A stretch of 63,983 nt of DNA, counting the filler, from an uncultured bacterium (GTDB lineage Bacteria; Hinthialibacterota; Hinthialibacteria; Hinthialibacterales; Hinthialibacteraceae): the NCBI GenBank assembly GCA_964449065.1. It is 4 parts of 4 records of this genome, joined end to end, with 100 filler letters (N's around TTAATTAATTAA, not from the genome) between each part and the next. Parts side by side here need not be neighbours in the genome. Positions count along the whole stretch, not along the records: positions 1 to 18,355 come from CAYVAZ010000065.1; positions 18,456 to 36,716 come from CAYVAZ010000066.1; 2 more parts are not named here. The stretch is one strand, 5' to 3'. This document shows, piece by piece, positions 9,685 through 19,542 of this stretch. The first letter of the stretch is position 1, and every line of letters begins with the position of its first letter. Below the pieces are notes generated by a model. The model was not told the DNA's origin, searched no databases, and saw only the letters and a list, made by a program, of their open reading frames with translations. The position numbers were made by a program, and so were the translations under genes.

Positions 9685-11673
9685 TTAATCTAAGGAGTCC
9701 AATTGTTTTTGGGCCTGTTCCAAAAATATCATGGTGCCGATTATACACAAGACACATTGAATCAACACGTAAATAAGCGGATAAAAAATCGAGTCGCCGC
9801 CGGCATTGATCAATGTCCGCCCCGTTATGCTGATGTTGTCTTTCGGATACAAGGAAGCGACCCCCACCAATGGGCTGACAATCGATAGAACCGGTGTCCC
9901 CAAATAAGCCGCGGATGTACCGGATTGATCTTCGAGCGGTGGAATTACAAAGGGAACAATTAAGGTGATGAGAATAACCGAGCCGGATAAGACCAACGCC
10001 CGGTTGGTTTTTCCGGTATAGGCGGAACAAAACAAGCCAAAGGAGGTGTAAAGAAGCAGACTGAAAAACAGGACGATGGGATATACTACAATGGCAACCG
10101 CGCTGTTCGCGTTGGTGAACAAGTCTACCTCAAACCCCAACATGCCGCAGATAATTTGCAGGGACATCCCCGGCACATACAGCGCCAACGCAATAAACAA
10201 GCTGTATTGTAAATTTGTCCAAAACTTGGCTTGGATAATTTGTTTGGATGAAAGCATAGTCGTGCGCAGCAAATCCAGCAGTCCGCGTTCCCGGTCCGAA
10301 CTAATGCTGGTGGCGGACAACGGTAGGGTAAACAACGCCGCGGTCACAAACGGAAGCGCCAAAAACAGCCACGACCCGCTGTAAGAGGCCAGCGGCAGGG
10401 TGAAGATTGAAATCATCAGGGATAAATAGCAGAGACGAATCAGTGTGGAAATCTTGGCAAACCACTGCACCCGCTTTTCCAGCATAATGCCGGGATTTCC
10501 TTCTTGAGAGGTGACATCAAATGAAAAATCTTCCTCGCGTTCGTGTTCTTGCACTTCGTCACCGCCGTCCATGATGCCGAACATTGTGGCGCAAATGTAG
10601 ACCATAAACGCCAACCCAATGGTGCTCATCACAAAAATGACGGCTTGCAGGAATTCCAAACTGACCAAGATGCGTATCCACAAGATGACCAAGCCAAAGA
10701 TGAGTAAGACCATGCCGAATCGTACAATGCGATCCATGATCTTTTTGTGGTTCGAACTCAGTTCAATTCCTTGAGACAACCGGCGGATTTGCCATACCGC
10801 CCCCCACAAAAACAGGCCGCTTAGGCCTATCGAAGAAATAATATAGGCCCCCATAGCATAGCTGAAAAACCGGAGTTCGCCGGAACGAAGATAATGAATA
10901 AAGTCAGGAAGAATGGATTCCGCCCCCCGAAGACCGCGCAGTGGGTTGAACTCGTTGCGTAGGGAAAAAAACGGGCTGAGATATTGCAGCCCATGGTTGA
11001 ATCCGGTATCGTCATACCACCGGAACGAATCCATATATTTCCAAATCGAACCATGGTAGGGCAGCAAAAACGCCGCCAGCAAAATCATGCCCGCTGAAAC
11101 CAAATACACTTCATACACCCTTGACCTTAACGTAGAGCAAAAAATCCCCAAGCAGCCGTAGGTGAACGTTGCAGTCAACAGGATCAAATACGTACGGGCG
11201 ACTTCACCAATGTCTAACCCACCGCCCAAAAAGCAGAGTGAAAGCACAGGACTGGCGGAAACCAACAGAAAAAACATGAAAATGAGAGGCGAAAGCATTT
11301 TGGCAAACAAGATATGGCTGATAGAAATCGGAGAGGAAAACAGCAGTTCAACCGTATCCTTCTCCCGTTCTTCCGCGATCGAAGGCGCCATCAAAAACGG
11401 GGTGACCAGCGTAATCAAAATCAAATGCCCGAAAGACAAAGACAAGAACAGTTCCCGCGCCCCGCGGGCGGTATCTTGATCCGGCGCCCAATGGCTGGTA
11501 AAGGCGCTCCAATTTTGCCCTACCAGAAAGGTCAAACCACTCAAAAACAGCAGCAGCGTGATAAACGATTTTTTGCCGCGCAAAAAGCGGGTTAATTCTC
11601 CCCACAACAGTGGAGAGCGGTAAATCCGCAATAAGTCCGATTGATAAAACGGTGAAATAGATTTTGTTTTCAT
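9685..11673 (-). CDS. ABC-2 type transporter permease with two permease repeats
   Basis: two SI..ERE..T/LL.LL..T/S.lS...I..aK signatures; many TM helices. Confidence 0.85.
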   Translation of the reverse strand: MKTKSISPFYQSDLLRIYRSPLLWGELTRFLRGKKSFITLLLFLSGLTFLVGQNWSAFTSHWAPDQDTARGARELFLSLSFGHLILITLVTPFLMAPSIAEEREKDTVELLFSSPISISHILFAKMLSPLIFMFFLLVSASPVLSLCFLGGGLDIGEVARTYLILLTATFTYGCLGIFCSTLRSRVYEVYLVSAGMILLAAFLLPYHGSIWKYMDSFRWYDDTGFNHGLQYLSPFFSLRNEFNPLRGLRGAESILPDFIHYLRSGELRFFSYAMGAYIISSIGLSGLFLWGAVWQIRRLSQGIELSSNHKKIMDRIVRFGMVLLIFGLVILWIRILVSLEFLQAVIFVMSTIGLAFMVYICATMFGIMDGGDEVQEHEREEDFSFDVTSQEGNPGIMLEKRVQWFAKISTLIRLCYLSLMISIFTLPLASYSGSWLFLALPFVTAALFTLPLSATSISSDRERGLLDLLRTTMLSSKQIIQAKFWTNLQYSLFIALALYVPGMSLQIICGMLGFEVDLFTNANSAVAIVVYPIVLFFSLLLYTSFGLFCSAYTGKTNRALVLSGSVILITLIVPFVIPPLEDQSGTSAAYLGTPVLSIVSPLVGVASLYPKDNISITGRTLINAGGDSIFYPLIYVLIQCVLCIIGTMIFLEQAQKQLDSLD

Positions 11674-11932
11674 TGCGTATTGAGTTTATAATTTTCGATT
11701 AATAAGAGTTTGACCAATGTGACTACGGTATGCTTTTCAAACCGTTATGTCAAAACGAAAGGTTAATCTTAACAAGAATAATTGGATATTCCATACGCTT
11801 CCGTTTGACAATCAGTGCTCAATTTTGATATCGTATATTCAATCGGTAACAATTTTTTATAAAACCCATGACCATTTGCAAACGTTACAGAAATATACGG
11901 TAGACAAAAATTCCGGAAAATGGTAACGCTCA

Positions 11933-14542
11933 ATGATTCCGTTCCAACACAACTTTAAACATATAACGATGCTCCCAAAGCAATTGTTTGTTATTTTTAC
12001 GTCCGTATTGCCATTTTTTTTATGGTTTGCCGACTGGAAACCGCCCGCGATGGCGCAAGCCGTCTTGGATGAGAAATCGGCGGAACTGTCTCCTGTCGAT
12101 TCTGACCTGAATATCCGTGCCAATGTGGTGATTGGTTTGGATCCCCAAGAGCCCTTTCGCCGCATGAGGGCTTGGGTACCTATCCGTATTGAACTCAATA
12201 ATTTAGACGATGATTTTACCGGCAACTTAATCGTCCAGCTTAAAGACGGGCAAATCGTGTACCGCACGCCTGTCGATCTGCCTGCCCGCGCAAAACAGTT
12301 ATACACCATCTATGTATTTTTGCCGGAAACACTGGACGAGTTGGAGTTTTATCTGCAAACCGGCGGACGAAAAATTGATTTTGAAGTGATAACCGTTTCT
12401 ACCCCGGCGGTCGAATCAACCCGCTTTATCGCGCTGTTAAGTTCGGAACGGGGAACCCATGAGCATTTGGCCCATCGTGAAGAGGATGACCGCGCGGAAA
12501 TCTTTCGTGAAGTGGTGTATACCTCATCCATTTATCTGCCTAAAAGTTGGGTGGGGATGCAGAACATCGACACGCTCATCTGGGACGGCAATGACAATTT
12601 GGTTCTCACGCCGGAACAGGAAAAAGCCCTGGATCAATGGATTCAAATGGGCGGAACCTTGGTGCTGGCCTGTGGAGAACGCTGGCAAATGCTGAATTCT
12701 TCTGCACTGCGGCTTTACTCGCCGGTCACGATGGATGGCTCTATTGTTCTTCCCGCCAAGCAAAACCTCAGCACCGTCAACGAAAATAGTGATCCGGTTC
12801 TGCTGCCCAGCGTGGTGGCCGCCACGGGAGAGTTGCTGGATGACCCCAAGATTAATGTGCGGATTAAAGCGGGAGATCATCCCTTTTTGGTCGAACGGCC
12901 ATGGGGTGCCGGCAAAGTGGTTTGGGTGGCATCCAGCTTGCGCGAACCTCTATTTGAACCGGTGTATCAAGAAATATTTTTAACGTATTTGGCCTCCAAC
13001 AATTTAAGTTTTACACCGCTGATGATCGACAATTTGGATGCCGCCATTACTTCGTTTTTGCGCTGGATGGTGCAGGCGGAACTGCCCAGTACCGGTTTTG
13101 TTGCCATGTATTTGGGGCTGTACATCATTATTTTGGTGCCGGTCAATTATTTGGTATTTCGCAGCATTAAGCGGTTGGAATGGGCGTGGTTTACCATTCC
13201 GGTTTGGGCGGTGATTTTTGCGTATGGGGCATACTATATCGGCTCATTCAGCCAGCATTCCGAGGTCATCGCCAACCAGATCAGCCTGCTGGAATCCAAG
13301 CCGGATGCCAAATACGCGCGCTCTACCACATTCTGCTCGGTTTACTCTCCCATTCGCAAATGGTACACCATCCGCTTTGAAGAACCCAAAGCCTTTCCCA
13401 TGGCGGCGTGGGAAAACATGTTCCGCCCGCAAACCATGGCATCCGATAACAGCATGGCCGTATCGTTTCATCCCCGCGCGAATCAAATCGATGATTTTCT
13501 CATCTATCACTGGTCGCAGCGGTCGTTCAAAGCCCAGCACACCCTCCCCATCGGCGATGGGGTCAGTATGAATATCCGCTTTCGCGATAATGAGTTGGAA
13601 GGGGGCATCACCAACAACACACCGTTCCCTCTGACCGGCACCCGGCTTTATCTCAAAGAACGGATGATCCATCTCAGCAACATGCAGCCGGGAGAAACGG
13701 TGCGTTTGGATGGAAAATGGAGAAACGCGCAGCGGTTGGAACTGTATAACACCTGGCAAATGAGTCCGCGCCGGATGAATTATGGCCGCGACAACCGCGA
13801 TATGAGCCTATTCATACGCGACCGCTTGGCGGAAGGCTTTGCGCAATACTATTTTCAAAGCCCGGCCACCCAAGGCATGGCGGTCTTTGTGGCGCATGCC
13901 GATGTGAGCGCGCTTGATTTTATGCTGGGCGACAACGTAATTCATCCGAACGGAGAAGCCTTGTTGACAACTTCATCCACCATAGAAGAACTCATGCTGG
14001 GCACCCACACGCTGCAGCCGGACGATTGGCAAATCAACCAAACCGCGTTCGGTGCCTACGGCTATGGCGGGTTTCGAGGGCGGTTCGGCAGCAACAATCA
14101 ATTCATGCAGGTAGAACCCAATAGCGAGGTTCGCAGTGAGATCATTACTGAATTGCCGTTAGAGTATGGACGAATCAACTGGCTGCGCTTGGAATTTAAC
14201 CCCAAACGCATTGAAAACCACCGCACAGGAAGAAGGCCTCAAACCATGAACAACCAACCTTTGCAGGCGGAAACGGGTATGTATGTCCGCGACCGCCTTT
14301 CCAGACGGTATATAAAGATTGATGAAATCACCGACGCAAACGGCTATGTAGAAAACCCCGATCAGTATGTCGATAAGATTGCCGGGTCTATTACCGTAAA
14401 ATACACCAACCGGGATGCTCAGCATAAAGTGATACCGCGCGAAGCGTTTCAAATCAGCATGGAAATGGATTACGGCAACGAAGGCGATGATTCGTTTTTG
14501 GGATATTCATTGGAACTGGCAAGACTGGAATACGAAGAATAA
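11933..14542 (+). CDS. large membrane-anchored ABC-associated protein with class-I glutamine-amidotransferase-like domain
   Basis: N-terminal signal/TM, WVPIRIEL, ALDQWIQMGGTLVL, central TM pair YIIILVPVNY...WAWFTIP; upstream of an ABC ATPase; start uncertain. Confidence 0.75.
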   Translation: MIPFQHNFKHITMLPKQLFVIFTSVLPFFLWFADWKPPAMAQAVLDEKSAELSPVDSDLNIRANVVIGLDPQEPFRRMRAWVPIRIELNNLDDDFTGNLIVQLKDGQIVYRTPVDLPARAKQLYTIYVFLPETLDELEFYLQTGGRKIDFEVITVSTPAVESTRFIALLSSERGTHEHLAHREEDDRAEIFREVVYTSSIYLPKSWVGMQNIDTLIWDGNDNLVLTPEQEKALDQWIQMGGTLVLACGERWQMLNSSALRLYSPVTMDGSIVLPAKQNLSTVNENSDPVLLPSVVAATGELLDDPKINVRIKAGDHPFLVERPWGAGKVVWVASSLREPLFEPVYQEIFLTYLASNNLSFTPLMIDNLDAAITSFLRWMVQAELPSTGFVAMYLGLYIIILVPVNYLVFRSIKRLEWAWFTIPVWAVIFAYGAYYIGSFSQHSEVIANQISLLESKPDAKYARSTTFCSVYSPIRKWYTIRFEEPKAFPMAAWENMFRPQTMASDNSMAVSFHPRANQIDDFLIYHWSQRSFKAQHTLPIGDGVSMNIRFRDNELEGGITNNTPFPLTGTRLYLKERMIHLSNMQPGETVRLDGKWRNAQRLELYNTWQMSPRRMNYGRDNRDMSLFIRDRLAEGFAQYYFQSPATQGMAVFVAHADVSALDFMLGDNVIHPNGEALLTTSSTIEELMLGTHTLQPDDWQINQTAFGAYGYGGFRGRFGSNNQFMQVEPNSEVRSEIITELPLEYGRINWLRLEFNPKRIENHRTGRRPQTMNNQPLQAETGMYVRDRLSRRYIKIDEITDANGYVENPDQYVDKIAGSITVKYTNRDAQHKVIPREAFQISMEMDYGNEGDDSFLGYSLELARLEYEE

Positions 14543-14570
14543 ACGATCTGAATTGTTTTAATATCTGTTG

Positions 14571-15004
14571 TTCCTCTCCCAATGTAATGGGGGAGGCTAG
14601 TACAGTATCAACGATTAAATGACGGGTATCGATCCCCCCTAGCCCCCCTTATCAAGGGGGAACAACGGATAGCCAGCCGTCATTTTTTGATTGACAAAAT
14701 ACTAGTAGTTCATCAAGGCTTACATGATGGGAGATAACTTAGTATCTACATGAAATGAATGGGATCAGTCATTCACAAGCGTTAGCGCAGTGTTATACCC
14801 CCTTGCATAAGGGGGTGGAGCCGTAGGCTCCGGGGGATTTTGCGTAGTTGGAAGCGTTCTTCGATCCCCCCTAGCCCCCCTTATCAAGGGGGGAACAACG
14901 GATAGCCAGCCGTCATTTTTTGATTGACAGAGTACTAGGTGGTGGGGGGTTAAAAGTCCGCCGCATCAACCCCACCCTACCCCTCCCCAATCTTGGAGAG
15001 GGAA
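14571..15004. repeat. compound repeat: outer CCTCCCC/GGGGAGG hairpin element interrupted at CTAG by two tandem MITE-like units
   Basis: CTAG at 14597, 14702 and 14935; about 75-bp direct repeat TCGATCCCCCCTAGCCCCCCTTATCAAGGGGG(G)AACAACGGATAGCCAGCCGTCATTTTTTGATTGACA..TACTAG in both units. Confidence 0.8.
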
Positions 15005-15029
15005 TACTACATAAAAGCAGGGGCGTTTA

Positions 15030-15956
15030 ATGATTACGGTCAATAATTATACCAAAAAATACGGTGATCATGTTGCCGTAAAAGATTTTAATCTGCATGT
15101 CGATAAGGGCGATATTTTCGGGTTTATCGGTCCGAACGGAGCCGGGAAAACCACCACCATCCGTTTCTTGGCGACCTTGCTGAAACCGACGGAAGGCGAA
15201 GCGTTTATCAACGGCTACAGCGTTACCAAACAGCCGATGGATGTCCGGCGTTCGATGGGATACATGCCCGATACCTTTGGCGTGTATGAAGGCATGCGTG
15301 TGTGGGAATATCTTGATTTCTTCGCCGCCGCCTACAACATCAAAAAAGACAAACGCAAAACCATTATCCGCGATGTCATTCAACTTTTGGATTTGGAATA
15401 CAAAAAAGACGCGTTTGTAGAGAGCCTATCCCGCGGGATGAAACAGCGCCTCTGCTTGGCGAAAACATTGGTGCACGACCCGGAAGTGCTCATATTGGAT
15501 GAACCCGCCTCCGGCCTAGACCCCCGCGCCCGCCATTACATTAAAGAGCTGCTTAAAGAATTGCGCAAAATGGGCAAGACCATTTTGATTTCATCGCACA
15601 TTTTGGCGGAGTTGGCGGATTGCTGCAACAAAATTGGCATTGTGGAAAAAGGGCAACTGCTGGCCGCCGGAGACATCCGCAAAATCATGTCCGAGATTCG
15701 CGAAAATGTGTTATTGGAAATCGAACTGATCCAGGCGGATGAACGCTTGGATAAAATCTTGTGGGATTTTGAAGGCGTGAAGAATGTTGAACCAATGGGG
15801 CAAATCACGCGGGTAGAATATGTCGGCGATCTGCTTCACATACCCAAATTGCACAAATTGCTGATTGAAAAAGGCATTGAAGTGCTTTATTTCCGTGAAG
15901 TGCCAACCAGTTTGGAAGATGTTTTCATGAATGTTACCAAAGGCGAGGTCTCATAA
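15030..15956 (+). CDS. ABC-2 type transporter ATP-binding protein
   Basis: GPNGAGKTT, LSRGMKQR, ILDEP, SSH. Confidence 0.95.
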   Translation: MITVNNYTKKYGDHVAVKDFNLHVDKGDIFGFIGPNGAGKTTTIRFLATLLKPTEGEAFINGYSVTKQPMDVRRSMGYMPDTFGVYEGMRVWEYLDFFAAAYNIKKDKRKTIIRDVIQLLDLEYKKDAFVESLSRGMKQRLCLAKTLVHDPEVLILDEPASGLDPRARHYIKELLKELRKMGKTILISSHILAELADCCNKIGIVEKGQLLAAGDIRKIMSEIRENVLLEIELIQADERLDKILWDFEGVKNVEPMGQITRVEYVGDLLHIPKLHKLLIEKGIEVLYFREVPTSLEDVFMNVTKGEVS

Positions 15957-15967
15957 GGATATCCAAT

Positions 15968-17470
15968 TTACAAAGGCCGTTTCTTGGTGTATTGCCGCTT
16001 GCGTCTTTGTCTGGTTGTCCGCTCTTTTTTCTCTTTCTTTTGATCGGCTTCGTATTCCGGGGCTGGTGATATGCGGAAGGTTTCGTATTCATCCAATAGC
16101 CGCGTGAGGTAGACTTGAATCAACAAGGTCCGGTTTTTCGCGAAAAAGGTGCTTATATTTTTCGCATCCAATGGATAGCCTTGATCTGAATTCGGATATC
16201 CAACGGGGATGTGGTCGTTCGCGGATGGATCAAATTCCGGATGAGGATCGATGTTGAGAGAAAGGAGTTGATTGGTTTTTTTTATCTCTTTTTCGAGGGC
16301 GGTGATATCCAAATAAAACGAACGGTACGCGTCTAATTTGCGGAAATTGTGAACATCCCGAATGATTTTCTGGTGAAAAACGCAGCCCCAATCCGACAAG
16401 GAAAATCCTTTTTGGGTTCGTTCGGTTTTAAATTGAACCACATACTCTTCCACCGGATTCTCCAACGTGTCATACACGCAAAGCACGGTGTTTTGATACC
16501 CGTGAAAATACGCTTCTTCGGGGGCCTCGTACAATGAATCGGTTTGGAGTTTGAGTTTTGTTTTCCAATCGTCCCACTTGCTGGGTTGCACCCGAAGGGC
16601 TTCGAGGATTAATTGGTTCCGCAAATCGTTGTCATCCCAATCAGCGTTTTTGCCTTTGCCGGTTCGTTTGGGTTGCGTGATCGATCCGTGATCCTCCTGG
16701 GGAATCACGCCGAACGCGGTATGGGATGCCGGTTTCGGTTCGGTATATTTTGGGGGATGATAGGTAAACCCGTTCACGGTTTTTTTCTCGTCGACCGGCT
16801 TGCCCTGTTCATCAAAATACACGGTTAATTTTGCGGCATTTAAATTGGCGGTTGAAACACGGACGGTGCCGTCTGATCCTTCTTCGTTCAACAACTGAAA
16901 CACCCCGCCATATCCCCGGTTGCCAACCAGAACCGTGGCCATGATGTTGTCTTTGCCATACCACTTGGTGGAGAACACATCCTTTTCAGCCAAATCCCAC
17001 GTGAATGGAGACGCCAATTCCAATCCATGCAGCAAATGGGTTCCGGTTTCCAGCCCATATTTAAACCGCTTCTGAAATCCTTTAAACAACCGCCCGTAAA
17101 ATTTTTTGCCCTTGTGCGCGAGAGGAGACCCGAAATTGGCTGGCGCCAGCATCAAGTGGCGTTTAATCGGGCATTGTGATTCGTTCTTCTCATAAAAATG
17201 AGTCATCCAGCTGCGCACGACCAGTGCACCGGTGCTGTGGGAAACTACATTAACTTTGGCAGCCTTTTTTAGACGGGGGTTGTTGAGCCAGGCCCGGTTC
17301 ATGGCTTCGCGTAAATCCATGTATGTGACTTCATCGTTTAGCGAAAGCCAATCGGCCAAATCAATTTGCTCTACGCTCACACCAAGGTTTTCACTTAGGA
17401 ATTTTGCCAGCTCAATAAAACTGGCTGCTTCATCACTCCATCCGTGCACGATAACGATTGGTTCAACCAC
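15968..17470 (-). CDS. alpha/beta-hydrolase fold protein (lipase/esterase-like)
   Basis: IVHGWSD oxyanion motif, SHSTG nucleophile elbow, APANFGSPLA, SDGTV, DH; GTG start with GGAGG RBS. Confidence 0.85.
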   Translation of the reverse strand: MVEPIVIVHGWSDEAASFIELAKFLSENLGVSVEQIDLADWLSLNDEVTYMDLREAMNRAWLNNPRLKKAAKVNVVSHSTGALVVRSWMTHFYEKNESQCPIKRHLMLAPANFGSPLAHKGKKFYGRLFKGFQKRFKYGLETGTHLLHGLELASPFTWDLAEKDVFSTKWYGKDNIMATVLVGNRGYGGVFQLLNEEGSDGTVRVSTANLNAAKLTVYFDEQGKPVDEKKTVNGFTYHPPKYTEPKPASHTAFGVIPQEDHGSITQPKRTGKGKNADWDDNDLRNQLILEALRVQPSKWDDWKTKLKLQTDSLYEAPEEAYFHGYQNTVLCVYDTLENPVEEYVVQFKTERTQKGFSLSDWGCVFHQKIIRDVHNFRKLDAYRSFYLDITALEKEIKKTNQLLSLNIDPHPEFDPSANDHIPVGYPNSDQGYPLDAKNISTFFAKNRTLLIQVYLTRLLDEYETFRISPAPEYEADQKKEKKERTTRQRRKRQYTKKRPL

Positions 17471-17571
17471 AATTTTACCTCCAGTAGACGCCTGAAAAAT
17501 GACCCTATCAAACAGATTACCATTCGTCTACCTGTGGAGGAAAAGTAGTTGTTATAAGAGGGGGATTCAAG

Positions 17572-18246
17572 TTAGTTCTCTTGTTCTCCCCATACCGTTT
17601 CAATAAACGGTTTTCTGCCCGATCCGTAGGCATAGCGCTCATAGTGGCTGGGGTTCTTTTTGGAGTAATCCTGATGGTATTTTTCCGCTTCATAGAATGG
17701 TTTGGCCGGCTCGATTCGGGTGACAATCGGCCGATCAAAAATGCCGGAATTCTCTAATGCCTGTTTTGATTCTTCCGCCAGTTTCTTTTGCTTTTCGTTG
17801 TGATAAAAGATCGCGGTCGTGTAGTGATATCCTCTGTCCGCGAATTGCCCGCCGGCGTCGGTCGGATCAATCTGGCGCCAAAAGATATCCAGCAGCTGTT
17901 TGTAACTTACCTCACTGGGATCATACTTCACCTGTACTGCTTCCAAATGCCCGGTTGTCCCCGAAGCAACTTGCCGGTAGGTTGGGTCAACTTCATCGCC
18001 GCCGGTGTATCCGCTGATCGCTGCCGCCACGCCGTCGGTGCGGTCCAGCGCGAACTCAATGCACCAAAAACATCCCCCCGCGAATGTGGCCACTTCCAAT
18101 CCTTCTTTGCTCTCAACTGTCAAAGGGTTCTCCTCCGGATTCTCTCCCGGTTCTTCTTGGCTTGATGTCAGACTTTCGATGGCCTGGTCATCGCATCCCA
18201 TCAAATAAACACCCGCGAATAACGATAAAACTATTCTCCGCTGCAT
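17572..18246 (-). CDS. msrA: peptide-methionine (S)-S-oxide reductase, probable lipoprotein
   Basis: GGCFWC, GYTGG, HLEAV, DPT..GGQF.DRG, FYEAE.YHQDY; lipobox LMGC. Confidence 0.95.
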   Translation of the reverse strand: MQRRIVLSLFAGVYLMGCDDQAIESLTSSQEEPGENPEENPLTVESKEGLEVATFAGGCFWCIEFALDRTDGVAAAISGYTGGDEVDPTYRQVASGTTGHLEAVQVKYDPSEVSYKQLLDIFWRQIDPTDAGGQFADRGYHYTTAIFYHNEKQKKLAEESKQALENSGIFDRPIVTRIEPAKPFYEAEKYHQDYSKKNPSHYERYAYGSGRKPFIETVWGEQEN

Positions 18247-18355
18247 GGTTGGTCTCCAATACGGTTAACATCATAAACTTTATGATATCTCTCACATCCA
18301 TTATCCTAAAAACAGTGATTCGTGACAAGCACCGAACCCTCAGATAAAGCGTTGA

Positions 18356-18455
18356 NNNNNNNNNNNNNNNNNNNNNNNNNNNNNNNNNNNNNNNNNNNNT
18401 TAATTAATTAANNNNNNNNNNNNNNNNNNNNNNNNNNNNNNNNNNNNNNNNNNNN
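18356..18455. other. artificial contig linker
   Basis: 44 N + TTAATTAATTAA (stops in all frames) + 44 N. Confidence 0.98.
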
Positions 18456-19390
18456 GTTCCTTGCCATGGAGCGGTCTGCCCCTGACCAAGGGTAATGTCA
18501 TAGGTCAATGTCGCATCACCAGACAAGCCGCTTAAGGTCCAATCGATGCTCCCTTTCGCTGTGAAGGAAACGTCACCGGCCGTGAATTGAACATTCGAGA
18601 TGGTGGAACCGATAGGAGTCAGCTCATTGACCACCGCATCCACCGTTTCGCCACCGCGGACACTTGCCGTAATAGAAATACCGGATAATGAGTCACCGGG
18701 CTGAAAGTCTTCCGTTGGAATTGAGCGGACAACTTGTAAGGGATATTCGGTTATAGCTACATCCCGAATTTCAAACAATCCCAATTGATCTTCGCCTTCA
18801 CCGGTGCCCGCCAAACCTACCAGAACCGGGTCTTCCATTGCAATCACTTCCGTTTGTTGAAACAACCATTCGCCGGCCGCATTCATGGTGAAATAGTGGA
18901 AGCTGTTTCCAATCCGGTCGATGCGAACCGGCCCGATATGGTTATCGCCCAATTCCACATTGCCGTCTACATTTGTCCCGCCGCCTTGTATGGTACGAAA
19001 TGTCGGATAAACCGAACTATCCGCTCCCCCACTATCCGCGGCGGAATTGCTGGTCATTAAATACGAAGCATGAACATCATCCGGCTCAAGACTTTGGCGG
19101 ATCATGATTCCAGCCCGCCCGGCATCGATAACCGGGAACGGGTCGGCTTCAATCGAGAAACTGCCTGACATTTCTGAATGGATGAAATGGAACTGATCGC
19201 TCAGTGATCCACCTCTGCCAATGGTGGTCCCAAGAGCATCCATCTCATACGTGCCGCCGTCAAAACTGGATTGACCGGGCGCCAGGATGGGTTCACCGAC
19301 ATCGACCGCTTCATCAAAAATACCGATCTGAGCCTGTGCCATCGTAACCGACACCGATATTACACTAAAGAAATAGAATAGCATTTTCAT
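18456..19390 (-). CDS. secreted acidic beta-sandwich protein, array paralogue A (3'-truncated by contig end)
   Basis: ATG 19390 with GGAGGAAGT RBS; signal peptide then QIGIFD..DVG; aligns with the three neighbouring ORFs. Confidence 0.85.
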
Positions 19391-19423
19391 AATACTTCCT
19401 CCCAATATTCTAAGTTTATCTAT

Positions 19424-19452
19424 TAACTAACATATTTATTGAAGGAATTCAA
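19424..19452 (-). promoter_or_regulatory. putative extended -10 sigma-70 promoter of paralogue A
   Basis: minus strand TTGAAT-17 nt ending ATGT-TAGTTA. Confidence 0.35.
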
Positions 19453-19488
19453 GTGAATTATTTCGGTATATCGATTGAACATCTTCAT

Positions 19489-19522
19489 AAAAAAGGCACG
19501 GCGATCTCTCACCGTGCCTTTT
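19489..19522 (-). terminator. rho-independent terminator of paralogue B
   Basis: AAAAGGCACGG/CCGTGCCTTTT stem with U-tract just after the stop at 19543. Confidence 0.85.
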
Positions 19523-19542
19523 GGTTGTGTATATTGTGTACA

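Noticed and set aside
14597..14938. Direct repeats as a CRISPR array
   Set aside because: Only two ~75-bp copies with one long intervening segment, dispersed copies elsewhere, and no cas genes.
18356..18455. TTAATTAATTAA palindrome within N-runs (also at 36717 and 54974) as a biological motif
   Set aside because: Identical 100-bp construct three times with stops in all frames: an assembly linker. ORFs spanning it (18404.., ..55025) and cross-linker gene neighbourhoods are artefacts.
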